Below, one piece after another: positions 47,930 through 58,631 of a stretch of DNA of 64,000 bases (its first letter is position 1; every line of letters begins with the position of its first letter). A program made the translations under genes and the position numbers. A model generated the notes under the pieces. It was given only the letters and a program-made list of their open reading frames with translations. It searched no databases and was not told the DNA's origin. The stretch is from contig CAWIAD010000002.1 in the NCBI GenBank assembly GCA_963833985.1, positions 1,312,001 through 1,376,000 of the forward strand, in the 5' to 3' direction. This DNA comes from an uncultured Planctomycetaceae bacterium. Its GTDB lineage: Bacteria > Planctomycetota > Planctomycetia > Isosphaerales > Isosphaeraceae.

Positions 47930-48343
47930 CCGATCGTAGCAGCGTCACACGCACAGCTCAGCCATAAAGCTCGCCGGCTCGTGGCAGGGAGGGCAGCTTT
48001 GGGCTTAGCATTGTCAAGATGCACAAAGCCACCGTCGACAGGTTTTGGGACATCGGCGAGTTGCACTGGTTGAGCCGGGGCGCGCTCCCCCCTCTGCCGT
48101 ATACGCGATTCTACCTCGCTGAGGGTGCCTTCCGGGCACGTGATCAAATTCCGGCGCCGCTCGCGAATACCCTCGGGCGTCGGGGATCGCTCCGAGTTGC
48201 CGAGCCCGAGAGTTCGTCCTGCCCCAAGTTCACTGGAGATCGGTGGCCTTGGTCTGGCTCGGGCCGAGAGAGAAACGACTTCTGCCCGAGTTAGGTGACG
48301 GCCGACCCACATCGCCACGACGTCTCAGGATTGCATTGAAGAT

Positions 48344-48829
48344 TCAGGACAGATTGTATTGACTCTTCAAAATGCCTACTGCGATGACGGTAACTTCTAG
48401 TTTTTCGATGTAATCCAACTCAGGGACCGCATTTTCCGGTTCCCATAGGTAGGAACGGCCGTACTGCTCTTCTGGAAGCTCCGAACAGTCGATCTTCTGC
48501 TTGGTGGTGTCATTCACAAGCCACACATGGTATTCGCTCTTTCCGGTTCCCGTGTACGTTCCACGATACCGGCACATCCGGTCCTTCTTCGTAATACTCT
48601 CGTACCATTCCGATTCGTCTACTCGTCCGGCTGCTAGTCGATACGTCCTGACGCCAGCAGCCATCAGTTCCTCAAGGGCAATGGCGGCAGCATGGCCGCA
48701 CTGCATTTTCCATTCGTCACGGAACTTGGACTTCAGGCGATCGCGAACCCTTTTCACCAACATTGAGCGGGAGGTCGCGTTTGTGGGATCGAATGCTGCC
48801 GCCGCTTGGTTTCCTTGTTCGTCGGTCAC
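48344..48829 (-). CDS. Hypothetical protein with transglutaminase/papain-like Cys-His-Asp pattern
   Basis: QCGHAA...YHVWL...KIDCS; GGAG RBS before GTG. Confidence 0.6.
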   Translation of the reverse strand: MTDEQGNQAAAAFDPTNATSRSMLVKRVRDRLKSKFRDEWKMQCGHAAAIALEELMAAGVRTYRLAAGRVDESEWYESITKKDRMCRYRGTYTGTGKSEYHVWLVNDTTKQKIDCSELPEEQYGRSYLWEPENAVPELDYIEKLEVTVIAVGILKSQYNLS

Positions 48830-48983
48830 CGGTTCGACTCCACCAAGGTCGCAGGAAGTGAGCTAGTATGGTCACAGTATCCATCAACCTGGAACGGGTA
48901 AACGTCCCTTGCCTCAGTTGGCCCATTACTACGCCGCGCCTTCGAAGCGTCTCGCCCCCCACTCAGAGTGTGCTTTCCAACTA

Positions 48984-50156
48984 GTGTCCTGAGTTACAAA
49001 TTCGCCAAATAACCTTGACTTATCATGTATTCGTCATATAATCTCTCAAAGGAGATTTATGATGAATAAAGGTGGTCGCCCCAAGGCTACTCTCACTTTG
49101 AATGATGTCGAGCGCCAGAAACTCGAAGCGTGGTCGCGCCGGCCCAAGACCAGCCAGCGTCTCGCCCTCCGTTCGCGGATCATCTTGGCTTGCGCTCAAG
49201 GTTTCGATAATCAGGAAGTCGCCGCACAGCTCCGGGTGAATGTCGTGACGGTCGGGAAATGGCGGAAACGTTTCCTCCTCGATCGTCTCGACGGCCTGTC
49301 CGACGAGCCAAGGCCGGGGGCGCCCTGCAAAATCACGGACGCAATGGTCGAGGCCGTTGTGACCAAGACTCTGGAGGAGAAACCCAAGGCCGCCACGCAT
49401 TGGAGCACTCGGGGCATGGCGGAAGCCGTCGGCTTGTCTCAGACAGCGATCTCGCGTATCTGGCGAGCGTTCGAGTTGAAGCCTCACCGCAGCGAGACGT
49501 TCAAGCTTTCCACGGACCCCTTTTTCATCGAGAAGGTCCGCGACATCGTCGGGTTGTATATGAGCCCGCCGGAGCGCGCTATCGTCTTGAGCATCGACGA
49601 GAAGAGCCAGGTGCAAGCGTTGGACCGTACCCAGCCGTTGCTTCCCATGGGGCCTGGCCAGGCGGAGAGGCGAACTCCGGATTATGTACGCAATGGGACG
49701 ACTTCGCTGTTCGCCGCCTTGGACGTCGCGACAGGTCGTGTGATTGGCAAATGCTACCGTCGCCATCGACAACAAGAATTCCTCAAATTCCTCAACGAGA
49801 TCGATAGCCAGATCGCCAAAGCACCAGGCGTCGAGATTCACCTCGTCATGGACAACTACGGCACACACAAAGCTCCAGCCGTGAAGCGGTGGTTCGCTCG
49901 CCATCCCGAGTATCATCTGCATTTCACTCCCACCAGCGGCTCTTGGCTGAACCAGGTTGAACGATTCTTCGCGGAGATTACCGAGAAGCGAATTCGCCGT
50001 GGAGTATTCCGGAGCGTGGCGGCGTTGGAACAGGCGATCCATGAATTCCTGGCAAAACACAACGTAAATCCCAAGCCTTTCGTATGGACGGCAGATGCTG
50101 ATATGATCTTAGATCGAGTGACGAGTGTTTGTGAGCGAACTTCTAACTCAGGACAC
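48984..50156 (+). mobile_element. Intact IS630-family element in a CTAG site (TA duplication)
   Basis: IRs GTGTCCTGAGTTACAAATTCGC and rc GTGTCCTGAGTTAGAAGTTCGC (20/22); TA at 48982-83 and 50157-58. Confidence 0.95.
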
Positions 50157-50159
50157 TAG
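49059..50159 (+). CDS. IS630-family transposase
   Basis: HTH region, [26 protein letters not shown]; stop codon supplied by the target TAG. Confidence 0.96.
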   Translation: MMNKGGRPKATLTLNDVERQKLEAWSRRPKTSQRLALRSRIILACAQGFDNQEVAAQLRVNVVTVGKWRKRFLLDRLDGLSDEPRPGAPCKITDAMVEAVVTKTLEEKPKAATHWSTRGMAEAVGLSQTAISRIWRAFELKPHRSETFKLSTDPFFIEKVRDIVGLYMSPPERAIVLSIDEKSQVQALDRTQPLLPMGPGQAERRTPDYVRNGTTSLFAALDVATGRVIGKCYRRHRQQEFLKFLNEIDSQIAKAPGVEIHLVMDNYGTHKAPAVKRWFARHPEYHLHFTPTSGSWLNQVERFFAEITEKRIRRGVFRSVAALEQAIHEFLAKHNVNPKPFVWTADADMILDRVTSVCERTSNSGH

Positions 50160-50174
50160 CTCCTTCGGGGTTCC

Positions 50175-50208
50175 GTGGTGCAGTCGTGGTGCAGTCCGTG
50201 GTGCAGTC
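50175..50208. repeat. Three direct repeats of GTGGTGCAGTC (candidate integrase arm-type sites)
   Basis: Copies at 50175, 50186 and 50198, about 100 bp from the tRNA 3' end. Confidence 0.6.
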
Positions 50209-50249
50209 AGGTTTCTGAGGGGCTGAAACGGGCCCGAAACTCGAACCCA

Positions 50250-50289
50250 AAAGAAGGCCCCGAGGCGGCTTTCGCGGCTTCGGGGCCTT
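50250..50289 (-). terminator. Intrinsic terminator-like hairpin downstream of the tRNA
   Basis: AAGGCCCCGA..TCGGGGCCTT stem followed by CTTTT on the minus strand. Confidence 0.6.
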
Positions 50290-50304
50290 GTTGACGTAAG
50301 TTTA

Positions 50305-50376
<72 letters not shown>

Positions 50377-50535
50377 GTGGGTCAGGCGAGAGCCAGTCCG
50401 GGCGAAGGACTCGAAGTCTTCCGCCCGGGGTGGCAACGGCCTGAATCACTGATTGAGGGTAACAGCCCGCTGGGCGGCGATCAACACCGAAGCGCGAAGA
50501 CCGCCCGCTCGGCCGTTCGCACGATCGCCGCGCAC

Positions 50536-51882
50536 TCAACGTAACGGCTTGAACGCAATGGCGCGGAACTCGACGGGGTCGTTGTGGCCGGCGAGGCCGA
50601 AGTAGCCGCTGGTGCGGTCCTTGCCGGGGTGGGCACTGTTCGCCATGAAGTCCTTCACCGTGCTCAGGTCGGCGTCCAGGATCACCGTGCCGTTCAGCTC
50701 GACCTTGATCTTCGGGCCGGTCACCGTCACCTCCTGGAAGTTCCACTCGCCCACGGGACGCTGATAACCCACCTTCGAGGGAGCCATGCCGTAGGCTGAA
50801 CCGTGGTACTGACGCGGGTCGAGCTGGCCGTACTTCGTGCTCGTGTCGTCAATGATCTGAAGCTCGCACATGCCCACGTAGGCGGTGTCGCCTTCGCCCG
50901 GATAACGGATCGCCAGGCCGTTGTTGCCGCCGGGCGGCAGCCGGAACTCCAGCCGGGCCGCGAAGTCGCTCAGGTCCTTCTTGTAGTAGATCGTGCCGCC
51001 CTGGCCGGGCTTGCACATGAGCACGCCGTCCTTCACCTGGTACTCGTCGATCGGCCCCGCCCAGCCGTTCAGGTCGTGGCCGCCGAAGATCTTCGTGAAA
51101 CCCTCGGCGCCATGCTTCGATAGAATCGCGTTGGCTTCATCGGCGGGGATCTCCCGCACCCGGATGTTCCGCCAGCGGATCTCGCTGCCGTGCGTCTGAA
51201 GCTGGATCGGACCCTTCGGCGGGATGGGCAGATCGTGGTTCCAGTAGTTCTCCAGGATCACGTGATCGACCACGAGCTTGCCGTTCAGGTAAACCGTGGT
51301 CCGCGCTCCGGTCTGGATGATCCGGAACGTGTTCCACTGGCCGATCGGGTTGTCGGCGCAGGTGAGCGGGTCCTTGCCAGCGTGCCCGGCCGCATTGTTC
51401 CAGAGGCCGCCCGAGCCCTTGTCCGCGCCCATCCTGGCATAGCTGGGCTCGGTGAAGTCCCAGATCTGGATCTGCGGCGTGCCGCGCAGGTACACGCCGC
51501 TGTCACCCTTCGGGCCGATCTTGAATTCGACGAAGAGCTCGATGTCGCCATAGTCCTTGTCGGTGGTCAGGTAGACGCCCTGGCCGTCGTTGACGATCTC
51601 GCCGCTGTCGACGCGCCAGTGCTTCTTGAAATCCTCGGCGTCGCGGGCAAGCTGTGCGGCTTTCTCGTCAGAGCCCAGCGCCGCGAACTTGCGCGGGTCG
51701 GCCGTTTCCTGTCCGTGCCAGCCGGTGAGGTCCTTGCCGTTGAAGAGGGAAATGAAGCCGGCCTGCGCCTCGGCGGTCGTGGGGGCCGCGGCCCGCACCG
51801 CCGTGCCTTGCCAGGCCAGAAGTACCATGCCAGTGCAGATCAGGAAGAATCGAGGACATCGCATGCGCGGAGACCCTTTCAT
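50536..51882 (-). CDS. Double DUF1080 (3-keto-disaccharide hydrolase-like) exported protein
   Basis: SLFNGKDLTGW, GDSGVYLRG, GPIQLQTH; second domain GNNGLAIR and FRAI; ATGA overlap with the upstream gene. Confidence 0.9.
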   Translation of the reverse strand: MKGSPRMRCPRFFLICTGMVLLAWQGTAVRAAAPTTAEAQAGFISLFNGKDLTGWHGQETADPRKFAALGSDEKAAQLARDAEDFKKHWRVDSGEIVNDGQGVYLTTDKDYGDIELFVEFKIGPKGDSGVYLRGTPQIQIWDFTEPSYARMGADKGSGGLWNNAAGHAGKDPLTCADNPIGQWNTFRIIQTGARTTVYLNGKLVVDHVILENYWNHDLPIPPKGPIQLQTHGSEIRWRNIRVREIPADEANAILSKHGAEGFTKIFGGHDLNGWAGPIDEYQVKDGVLMCKPGQGGTIYYKKDLSDFAARLEFRLPPGGNNGLAIRYPGEGDTAYVGMCELQIIDDTSTKYGQLDPRQYHGSAYGMAPSKVGYQRPVGEWNFQEVTVTGPKIKVELNGTVILDADLSTVKDFMANSAHPGKDRTSGYFGLAGHNDPVEFRAIAFKPLR

Positions 51883-54672
51883 GGAAGCCTGGTGACGAAG
51901 TTGTAATGGCCGGAGCCGACCTCGAGCACGGTCTTGCCCTCGGCGGTTCGCTGCACCCGCACGCCCGCGGCCTGGCCGAGCGGGCTGCCGTTCTCGGTGA
52001 TGGCGTCCGCGGAGGGAGCCGGCAAGATCACCCTGGCGGTGGTGTTGGCGGGGATGGTGGACTTCAGGGTGAACGTCTGGCCTTCCCTGGTCCAGGCGGT
52101 GGTGATCCGGCCGTGGATGCTTTCGTACGAGGTCTCGGCGTGGGTCAGGCGGTGGCCTGGGTGGGGTTCGATGACGATCTTCCGGTAGGCCGGGCCGTCG
52201 CTCTTGATGCCGCCGATGTTCTCGACCATCCACTGGTACACGGCGCCGAAGGAGTAGTGGGCGAAGGAGTTCATGCCGGGGTCCTGGAAGCCCTTTTCCG
52301 GGGTCCAGCCGTCCCAACGCTCCCAGATGCTGGTGGCGCCCTGCTTGATGGAGAAGCCCCACGAGGGGAAAGTGTCATTGAAGAGCAGGCGATAGGCCAC
52401 GTCCTCGCGGCCGATCTTCGAGAGCACGAGCATCAGGTCCTTGGTGCCGATGAAGCCGGTGGTGAGGTGGTTGTGGTGCTTCTCGATGTCCTCGACGAGG
52501 TAGCGCGCCGCCTGCGCAGCACGCTCGCCGTCCACGAGGTCGACGGCCAGGGCGAGGACGTAGCAGGCCTGGGTATCGCTCCGGATCCGGCCATCCGCCG
52601 AGACATAGGCCTTGTTGAAGGCCGCCTTGACCTGCTGGTAAAGGTCGTGCAGCCGCGCGGCGTCCTCGGTCTTGCCCAGGATCTCGGCGGCCTCGGCCGT
52701 GAGCCTGGTGCTGAGGGCGAAGTAGGCCGTGAAGATGACGTCCTTGGGCGTATCGGCGCCGATGCTCAGCCAGTCGCCGAAGCAGTGGTACTGACCAGGC
52801 GGAAGCAGATCGGGCGTGCACCGGCTGCGGCAGAACTCGATGAACCTGAGCATCGAGGGATACTGCCGTTCGAGCACCCGGCGGTCGCCGTAAACCTGGT
52901 AGACGGTCCACGGGCAGATCACGCCCGCGTCGGCCCAGGCGGGGCCGCCGTCGTCGCCGGCCACCTTCACCGGGGCCACCATGGGGAACTGACCATCGGC
53001 GCGCTGGCCGTCCGCCAGGTCGATCAGCCACTTGTCGAAGAAGGCCTGCACGTCGCAGTTCAGCGTGGCCGTGCGGATATAGACCTGGGCGTCGCCGGTC
53101 CAGCCCAGGCGCTCGTCGCGCTGGGGACAGTCCGTGGGGATGTCGATGAAGTTGGCGCTGGGTCCAGTAAGAGTTGCTCTGCAGCGTGTTGAGCATGGGC
53201 TCGGAGCAATGGAACTGGCCGACGACGGGAGTCTGGCTGGAGAGGGCGATGCCGGTCAGCGTGCCCGGCGCGGGGGCTGACCTGAGCCCGGTGATCTCCA
53301 CGTACTGGAAGCCGTGGAACGTGAACCGGGGGGTCCAGGTTTCCTCGCCTTGGCCCGCGCAGATGTAGGTATCCACGCAGCGAGCCGCGCGCAGGTTGGT
53401 CGTGTAGATCGTCCCGTCGGGATTGAGCCGCTCGGCGAACCGCAGTGTGATCTTCTGACCGGGCTCGCCGCGAACCGAAAGCCGGGGCACACCGGCGAAG
53501 TTCTGGCCCATGTCCAGCACGTAGGCTCCGGGCTTCGGCTCGGTGATCGCCTTCGGCTTGAGCTCGGCGAAGGGAAGGACGGGCGGGCCGGGATGTGCCT
53601 GGACGACGGGATGGACCTCGGAGCCGGTCACCACGGCAGCCCAGCGCGAATCGTCGAAGCCGGGAGTGTCCCACCCGGACAGCGCCGCCCGGGCGTCGTA
53701 GGTTTCGCCCATGAGAAAGTCGGCCTCGGAGATGGGTCCGGTGGCCGCTTTCCAGGTCGGTCCGGTGGCCACGGTGTCGGTGCTGCCGTCGTCATACTCG
53801 ATATGGAGTTGGGCCTTGAGGCGGGGGTGCTTGCCGTAATGGTCGCGCAGCTTGCCAAAGCCGACGTAGCCGCTATACCAGCCGTCGGCGAGGATCGCCC
53901 CCAGCGCGTTCTCTCCCTGGCGAAGCTGGTCCGTCACGTCGTAGGCGCGGGAATAAACGCGCCGGGTGTAGTCGGTCCAGCCGGGGTTGAAGGAGTCGTC
54001 GCTGACCCGGCGGCCGTTGAGGTAGAGGTCATGAATGCCCAGCGCGGTGGTGTAGACCGTGGCGTGCTTGACGGGCCTGGAGAGCGGAAACGTGGTACGC
54101 AGATAGGCCGGTGGAGGCAGCACCAGGTTCGCTCCGCCGGCGCCGGCCTTGAGTGCGTTGCGCGGGGCGTCGTAGCCAATCCACTCGGCTTTCCAATTCG
54201 AGGGGTTGAGAAGCCCCATCGACCAGGCCGCCGTGCTGCTCCAGGCCGAGGGCGTGCCGTCCTTGTCCCAGACCTTCACTTTCCAGAAGCAGTGCTGGTG
54301 CGAGGTAAGCGGCTTGCCGGCGTAGACGATGGCGGCCGTCTCGCCGCTCTGGACCTGGCCGCTATCCCAGAGCTCGCCCTGGTCCTGGCCCAGGGCCTCG
54401 GGGCTGGCGGCCACCAGCACGCGGTAGGCGGTCTGCTTCTGCCCGCGCTCGGGCGACGTGACGATCCAGCTCAGCCGGGGTTGGGCCACGTCGATGCCCA
54501 GGGGTTTCGCGCGGTACTCGCAGCGCAGTTCTGCGGGGCTGAGCCCCGATGCGGGCTCCGGAGCGGGCTCGGCTCGGGCGATGGGCGTCATCATGGCAAG
54601 TGCAGCCAGCACGAGGAAGAGAAGGTTCCCGGACGGAGGGGATGCGGTGGAAGAGGGACTCGTGTCGATCAT
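51879..54672 (-). CDS. GH78 alpha-L-rhamnosidase (frameshift near 53155)
   Basis: LRCEY, PGWTDY, DMGQNFAG, FTFHGFQY, PTDCPQRDERLGWTGD, ATSIWERW, MNSFAHY. Confidence 0.9.
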
Positions 54673-54684
54673 GGTGCGTCTTTC

Positions 54685-55857
54685 CTATACAGCGGTCGTG
54701 GCCAGCGAGTTGCCATAGCCGATGATCACGGTGGAAGCGATGAGCACAAGCAGTGTCAGGGCGACAAGCCGGCGGGTATGCCGGCTGGTGCCGGCCCATT
54801 CCTTCAGGGCGATGCCCCAGAGGGTGCTGAAGATCATGATGCTGGCCATGTGCAGGGTCCAGCTCGAGAACTTGAAGCGGCCCATCTGGGTTTCGCCCAT
54901 GGTGTAGAAGAAGAACTGGAAGTACCAGGTCGTGCCAGCCAGGGCACAGAAGAGGTAGTTCCAGATGAGCGGAACTCGCTCCGAGGCGCCCGGGGCTCGA
55001 AGTCCGGGCGCGTGCTCGGCGACCTCTTCACCGGGTGCGTCGATGGTGGTCTCGATGATGGTTTCCTGTTCGCGGGCGGGCGACGACCGGCCGTTCAGGC
55101 CAAGGTACTGATGCGCCGTCTTGTTCTTCAGGTGGAGGATGAGACACCAGATGAAGTTCGTGGTGAACCCGCCCAGCAGCAGCACGACCAGCACCGGCAG
55201 CCCTTGCCAGAGCGTCGTGGTGCCGTGCTGGAGGGTGATCTCCTTGATCGGGTCGCCCGCGGCCAGGCCGTACGAGAAGCAGGCACTCATGACACCAGAG
55301 AAGGTGGCGACCAGGATTCCTTTCTTGAAATCGAATTCCTTGATCGCGGCCTTCTTCTGCTCTTCGGACATCTCGCGTTCCTTGGACATGCCGGCCATAC
55401 CCGCGACGGCGATGCCGGCCATGCACACGAAGACGCCGAAGAGGATGATCTGGCCCGAAGTTGTGGGCACGATCTTCGTGAGCAGCTCGCCGCGAAAGAT
55501 CGGCGGCATGAGCGTGCCGAAGGCCGCCGTGAACCCGAGCGCCACCGCCATGCCCAGCGACATGCCCAGGTAGCGCATGGTGAGCCCGAAGGTCAGCCCA
55601 CCCAGGCCCCACAGAACCCCGAAAAAATAGGTCCAGAAGAGCGTGCTGCTGGGCGCCTCGCGGATCACGGAGGTCAGGTCGCTGGTCATGATCGAGGCCA
55701 GCAGCCAGGGCGCGATGATCCAGCTAAAGAAGCCGCCGGTGAGCCAGTAGGTCTCCCAAGACCAGTTGCGGACGAACCGGTAGGGGACGTAGAAGCTCCC
55801 GGAGGCCAGGCCCCCGAGCCAGTGAAAGACGACGCCGAGGAAGGGATTGGGGGTCAT
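54685..55857 (-). CDS. rhaT: L-rhamnose/proton symporter
   Basis: ASGSFYVPY, WSWETYW, LTMRYLGMSLG, SSWTLHMA. Confidence 0.92.
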   Translation of the reverse strand: MTPNPFLGVVFHWLGGLASGSFYVPYRFVRNWSWETYWLTGGFFSWIIAPWLLASIMTSDLTSVIREAPSSTLFWTYFFGVLWGLGGLTFGLTMRYLGMSLGMAVALGFTAAFGTLMPPIFRGELLTKIVPTTSGQIILFGVFVCMAGIAVAGMAGMSKEREMSEEQKKAAIKEFDFKKGILVATFSGVMSACFSYGLAAGDPIKEITLQHGTTTLWQGLPVLVVLLLGGFTTNFIWCLILHLKNKTAHQYLGLNGRSSPAREQETIIETTIDAPGEEVAEHAPGLRAPGASERVPLIWNYLFCALAGTTWYFQFFFYTMGETQMGRFKFSSWTLHMASIMIFSTLWGIALKEWAGTSRHTRRLVALTLLVLIASTVIIGYGNSLATTAV

Positions 55858-55894
55858 GGGCGGTGCTCAGAAGGCAGTAGGCAGAAGGCAGTTT

Positions 55895-55927
55895 GTAGGG
55901 TGGGTCGAGCCGCAGGCGAGGCCCACC
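55895..55927 (+). repeat. GTAG-type REP-like palindrome flanked by AGGCAG repeats
   Basis: GTAG-GGTGGGTC...GGCCCACC in the rhaA-rhaT intergenic region. Confidence 0.5.
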
Positions 55928-56048
55928 AGGGCGGCCGTGGGCCGCGGGTAGTAGGTAGTAGACATAGGCAGTAGGCAGTGAAGAGGAAGGGGAAGACAGG
56001 CATTCTTGCCTGTCAATTCTAGGCAGGGGGCAGGTGGCGGTGGGACGC

Positions 56049-57317
56049 TTACCTGCGATTCAGGATTTCGGTTTCATAACGCTTCAACTCGTCGAGCCAG
56101 GCCGGGCCGACGGGGACGTTCCGGATCTGGCAGTACTGGTCCCAGACCGCGCCGAAGGGGAGCGTCTTCAGCTCTTCCAGGAGTGCCAGCCTTGCGGTGT
56201 AGTTGCCCTCGGCCTCGAACTGCCTCAAGGTTTGTGTGGGCTCCAGCAGCGCGATCAGGAGCGCCTTGAGCATGCACCGGGTGCCAATGACCCATGCCGC
56301 CACGCGGTTGATGCTGGCATCGAAGAAATCCAGGCCGATATGCACGCGGCCGAGGTAATCGCCGCGCACCAGCTCCTGTGCGATGGCTTCCAGCTCGTCA
56401 CTGAGGATCACCACATGGTCGCTGTCCCAGCGCACACCTCGGCTGACATGCAGCAGGATCTCATCGAGCACGCTGAGCACGGCGGAGATCTTGTCCGAGA
56501 GGACTTCCGTGGGGTGATAATGTCCCGCGTCGAGGCAGAGCAGCTTCTTCCGCGAGACGGCGTAGCCCAGGTAAAACTCGTGCGAGCCGACGACGTAGCT
56601 CTCCGAGCCCAGGCCGAAGAGCTTGCCCTCCACGGCGTCGAGATTCAGCCTGGGGTCGATGGGCTCGGCGAAGACGGCATCGAGCGACTCGGCCAGGCGC
56701 TCGCGGGGCCCCTTGCGATCGATGGGCGAATCCTTCATGCCGTCGGGAATCCAGACGTTCGTGACGCAAGGCGTCCCCAGCGCCTTGCCGAAGGCCGCGC
56801 CGATGCGCCGGCAGACGATGCCGTGATCAATCCAGAACTTGCGGATCGCCGCATCGGGGTGGGCCAGCGTGAGACCGTCGGCCGCTCTGGGGTGGGCGAA
56901 ATAGGTGGGGTTGAAGTCGAGGCCCATCCCTTTCGACCTCGCCCAGTCGATCCAGCGCGAGAAGTGGGCCGGCTCGATCGCGTCGCGTTCCACTCTCTTG
57001 CCGCCGGTCTCGGCATAGCTGGCGTGCAGGTTGAATCGGTGCGTTCCAGGGATCAGCGACAGGGCCTTATCCACGTCGGCCCGCAGCTCCTCGGCCGTGC
57101 GCGCCCGGCCCGGGTAATTCCCAGTCACGGCCAGGCCACCGCCCAGCTCGGAACCGGTATTCTCGAAGCCGCAGACATCGTCGCCCTGCCAGCAATGCAG
57201 CGAGATCGGGATGGAGCCGAGCCGCTGGATGGCCGCGTCGGCATCCACGCCGAGCGCGGCATATCGTTCCTTCGCCAGGGCAAAGGACTGTTCCACGTTC
57301 CCGGAGAGTGAGATCAT
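56049..57317 (-). CDS. rhaA: L-rhamnose isomerase
   Basis: [57 protein letters not shown]. Confidence 0.95.
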   Translation of the reverse strand: MISLSGNVEQSFALAKERYAALGVDADAAIQRLGSIPISLHCWQGDDVCGFENTGSELGGGLAVTGNYPGRARTAEELRADVDKALSLIPGTHRFNLHASYAETGGKRVERDAIEPAHFSRWIDWARSKGMGLDFNPTYFAHPRAADGLTLAHPDAAIRKFWIDHGIVCRRIGAAFGKALGTPCVTNVWIPDGMKDSPIDRKGPRERLAESLDAVFAEPIDPRLNLDAVEGKLFGLGSESYVVGSHEFYLGYAVSRKKLLCLDAGHYHPTEVLSDKISAVLSVLDEILLHVSRGVRWDSDHVVILSDELEAIAQELVRGDYLGRVHIGLDFFDASINRVAAWVIGTRCMLKALLIALLEPTQTLRQFEAEGNYTARLALLEELKTLPFGAVWDQYCQIRNVPVGPAWLDELKRYETEILNRR

Positions 57318-57503
57318 GAGCACAGACTCGCAGGAGGGCTCAATTCATCGAGGGAGCACGACCGGATTCTCGCACGGAAACAGGGCCTGATCCAGTGGCT
57401 TCCCGGGCCGTCCGGATTTCCGCCCACGCAACGCCGGGCGCCCTGTACACTCAATCTCCATGAGCCGCTTGACGCGCACCAACCCTGACGAGAGGAGGCC
57501 TTC

Positions 57504-58601
57504 ATGAGTTATGAACGCGCCTGTTCACGATGGATCCTGTTCGCTGCGCTCCTCTGGCCTGTCCACGGAGTGACTGCCGAGGAACCGGCGGCCCACGCAC
57601 AGACGGCAGCCCGGCACGATCGGCCACCGCGCAAGGTGATCGTCGGGACCACCATGACGCGGTGGTATGGCGATTACCCCGGACTCGACGGCCGGCTCGA
57701 GCAGATGGGCAACCTGATCGACGCGATGGCGGCAGAATCACGCGCTCGCTATGGCCGGCCGCTGGACCTTGCTTTGTTCACGGAGTTCGCGGTCACCGCG
57801 GGGAAGCCGGGGCCGGCAGGCGCGGTGGCCGTGCCGCTTGAAGGTGCGGTGCTCGAGAGGCTTGGCTCCAAGGCGCGGGAGCACAACACCTACGTCGTCT
57901 GCGGCGGTATCTTCCGCGACGCCACGGCGGCCGGCGCGTGCGGAAATGCGGCCGTTGTGATCGACCGCAAGGGCCGGCCGGTGGGCCGGTACGTCAAGGT
58001 CCATCCCGTGCTGGATGAGGTCAAGCCGGGCGGGCAGATCGTGCTGGAGGGGGGCGTGCAACCGGGAGCGGAGTACAACGTGTTCGACCTCGACTTCGGC
58101 CGCGTAGGATTGCAGATCTGCTATGACGTGGAGTATCCCGAGGGCTGGCTGCGCCTGGCCGAGAGAGGCGCAGAGCTTGTGCTTTACCCGACCCAGTCCC
58201 CCCAGCTCACACGGCCCGCCATGTACGCGGCCACCCACGAATACTGGGTCGTCTCGTCCACGTTCCGGAACAACGCCTCCATCTTCGAGCCGGGTACGGG
58301 CCTGGTGGCCGCTCAGATCAAGGAGCCCAAGCAAACTCTCGTCCACGAGATCGACCTGAGCACCGTCATCCTGCCCTGGACTTCGCGCTTGCGCAACGGC
58401 GAAGCCTTTCGTGAGGCATTTGGCGATCGCGTCGGCTTCCATTACTCCGAGTCCGAAGACCGCGGGGTCTTCTGGTCCAACGATCCGAACTGCTCGATCG
58501 GACAGATGGCGCGCAGCCTCGGTCTACTGGAATCCACGACCGAACAGCATGCGCGCGCTCGCGACGCACAGGATCGGCTCCGCGGAGGCCCGGCACGCTG
58601 A
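57504..58601 (+). CDS. Carbon-nitrogen hydrolase (nitrilase superfamily) with signal-peptide-like N-terminus
   Basis: E-K-C triad in LFTEF, YVKVHP and QICYD. Confidence 0.88.
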   Translation: MSYERACSRWILFAALLWPVHGVTAEEPAAHAQTAARHDRPPRKVIVGTTMTRWYGDYPGLDGRLEQMGNLIDAMAAESRARYGRPLDLALFTEFAVTAGKPGPAGAVAVPLEGAVLERLGSKAREHNTYVVCGGIFRDATAAGACGNAAVVIDRKGRPVGRYVKVHPVLDEVKPGGQIVLEGGVQPGAEYNVFDLDFGRVGLQICYDVEYPEGWLRLAERGAELVLYPTQSPQLTRPAMYAATHEYWVVSSTFRNNASIFEPGTGLVAAQIKEPKQTLVHEIDLSTVILPWTSRLRNGEAFREAFGDRVGFHYSESEDRGVFWSNDPNCSIGQMARSLGLLESTTEQHARARDAQDRLRGGPAR

Positions 58602-58631
58602 AGCTTTCAAACCATCTCATGACTCACCCCA

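Noticed and set aside
48019..48294. 91-aa ORF as a real gene
   Set aside because: No clear RBS or motif; it may be a remnant but cannot be supported.
51883..52362. 608-aa version of the DUF1080 ORF
   Set aside because: The extension is an off-frame overlap with the GH78 gene; the signal peptide begins near 51882.
53314..55974. 886-aa plus-strand ORF and similar long antisense ORFs (6710-8389, 26808-28433, 39139-40251, 49023-50060, 62226-63632)
   Set aside because: They are shadows of well-supported opposite-strand genes in high-GC DNA and show no recognisable motifs.
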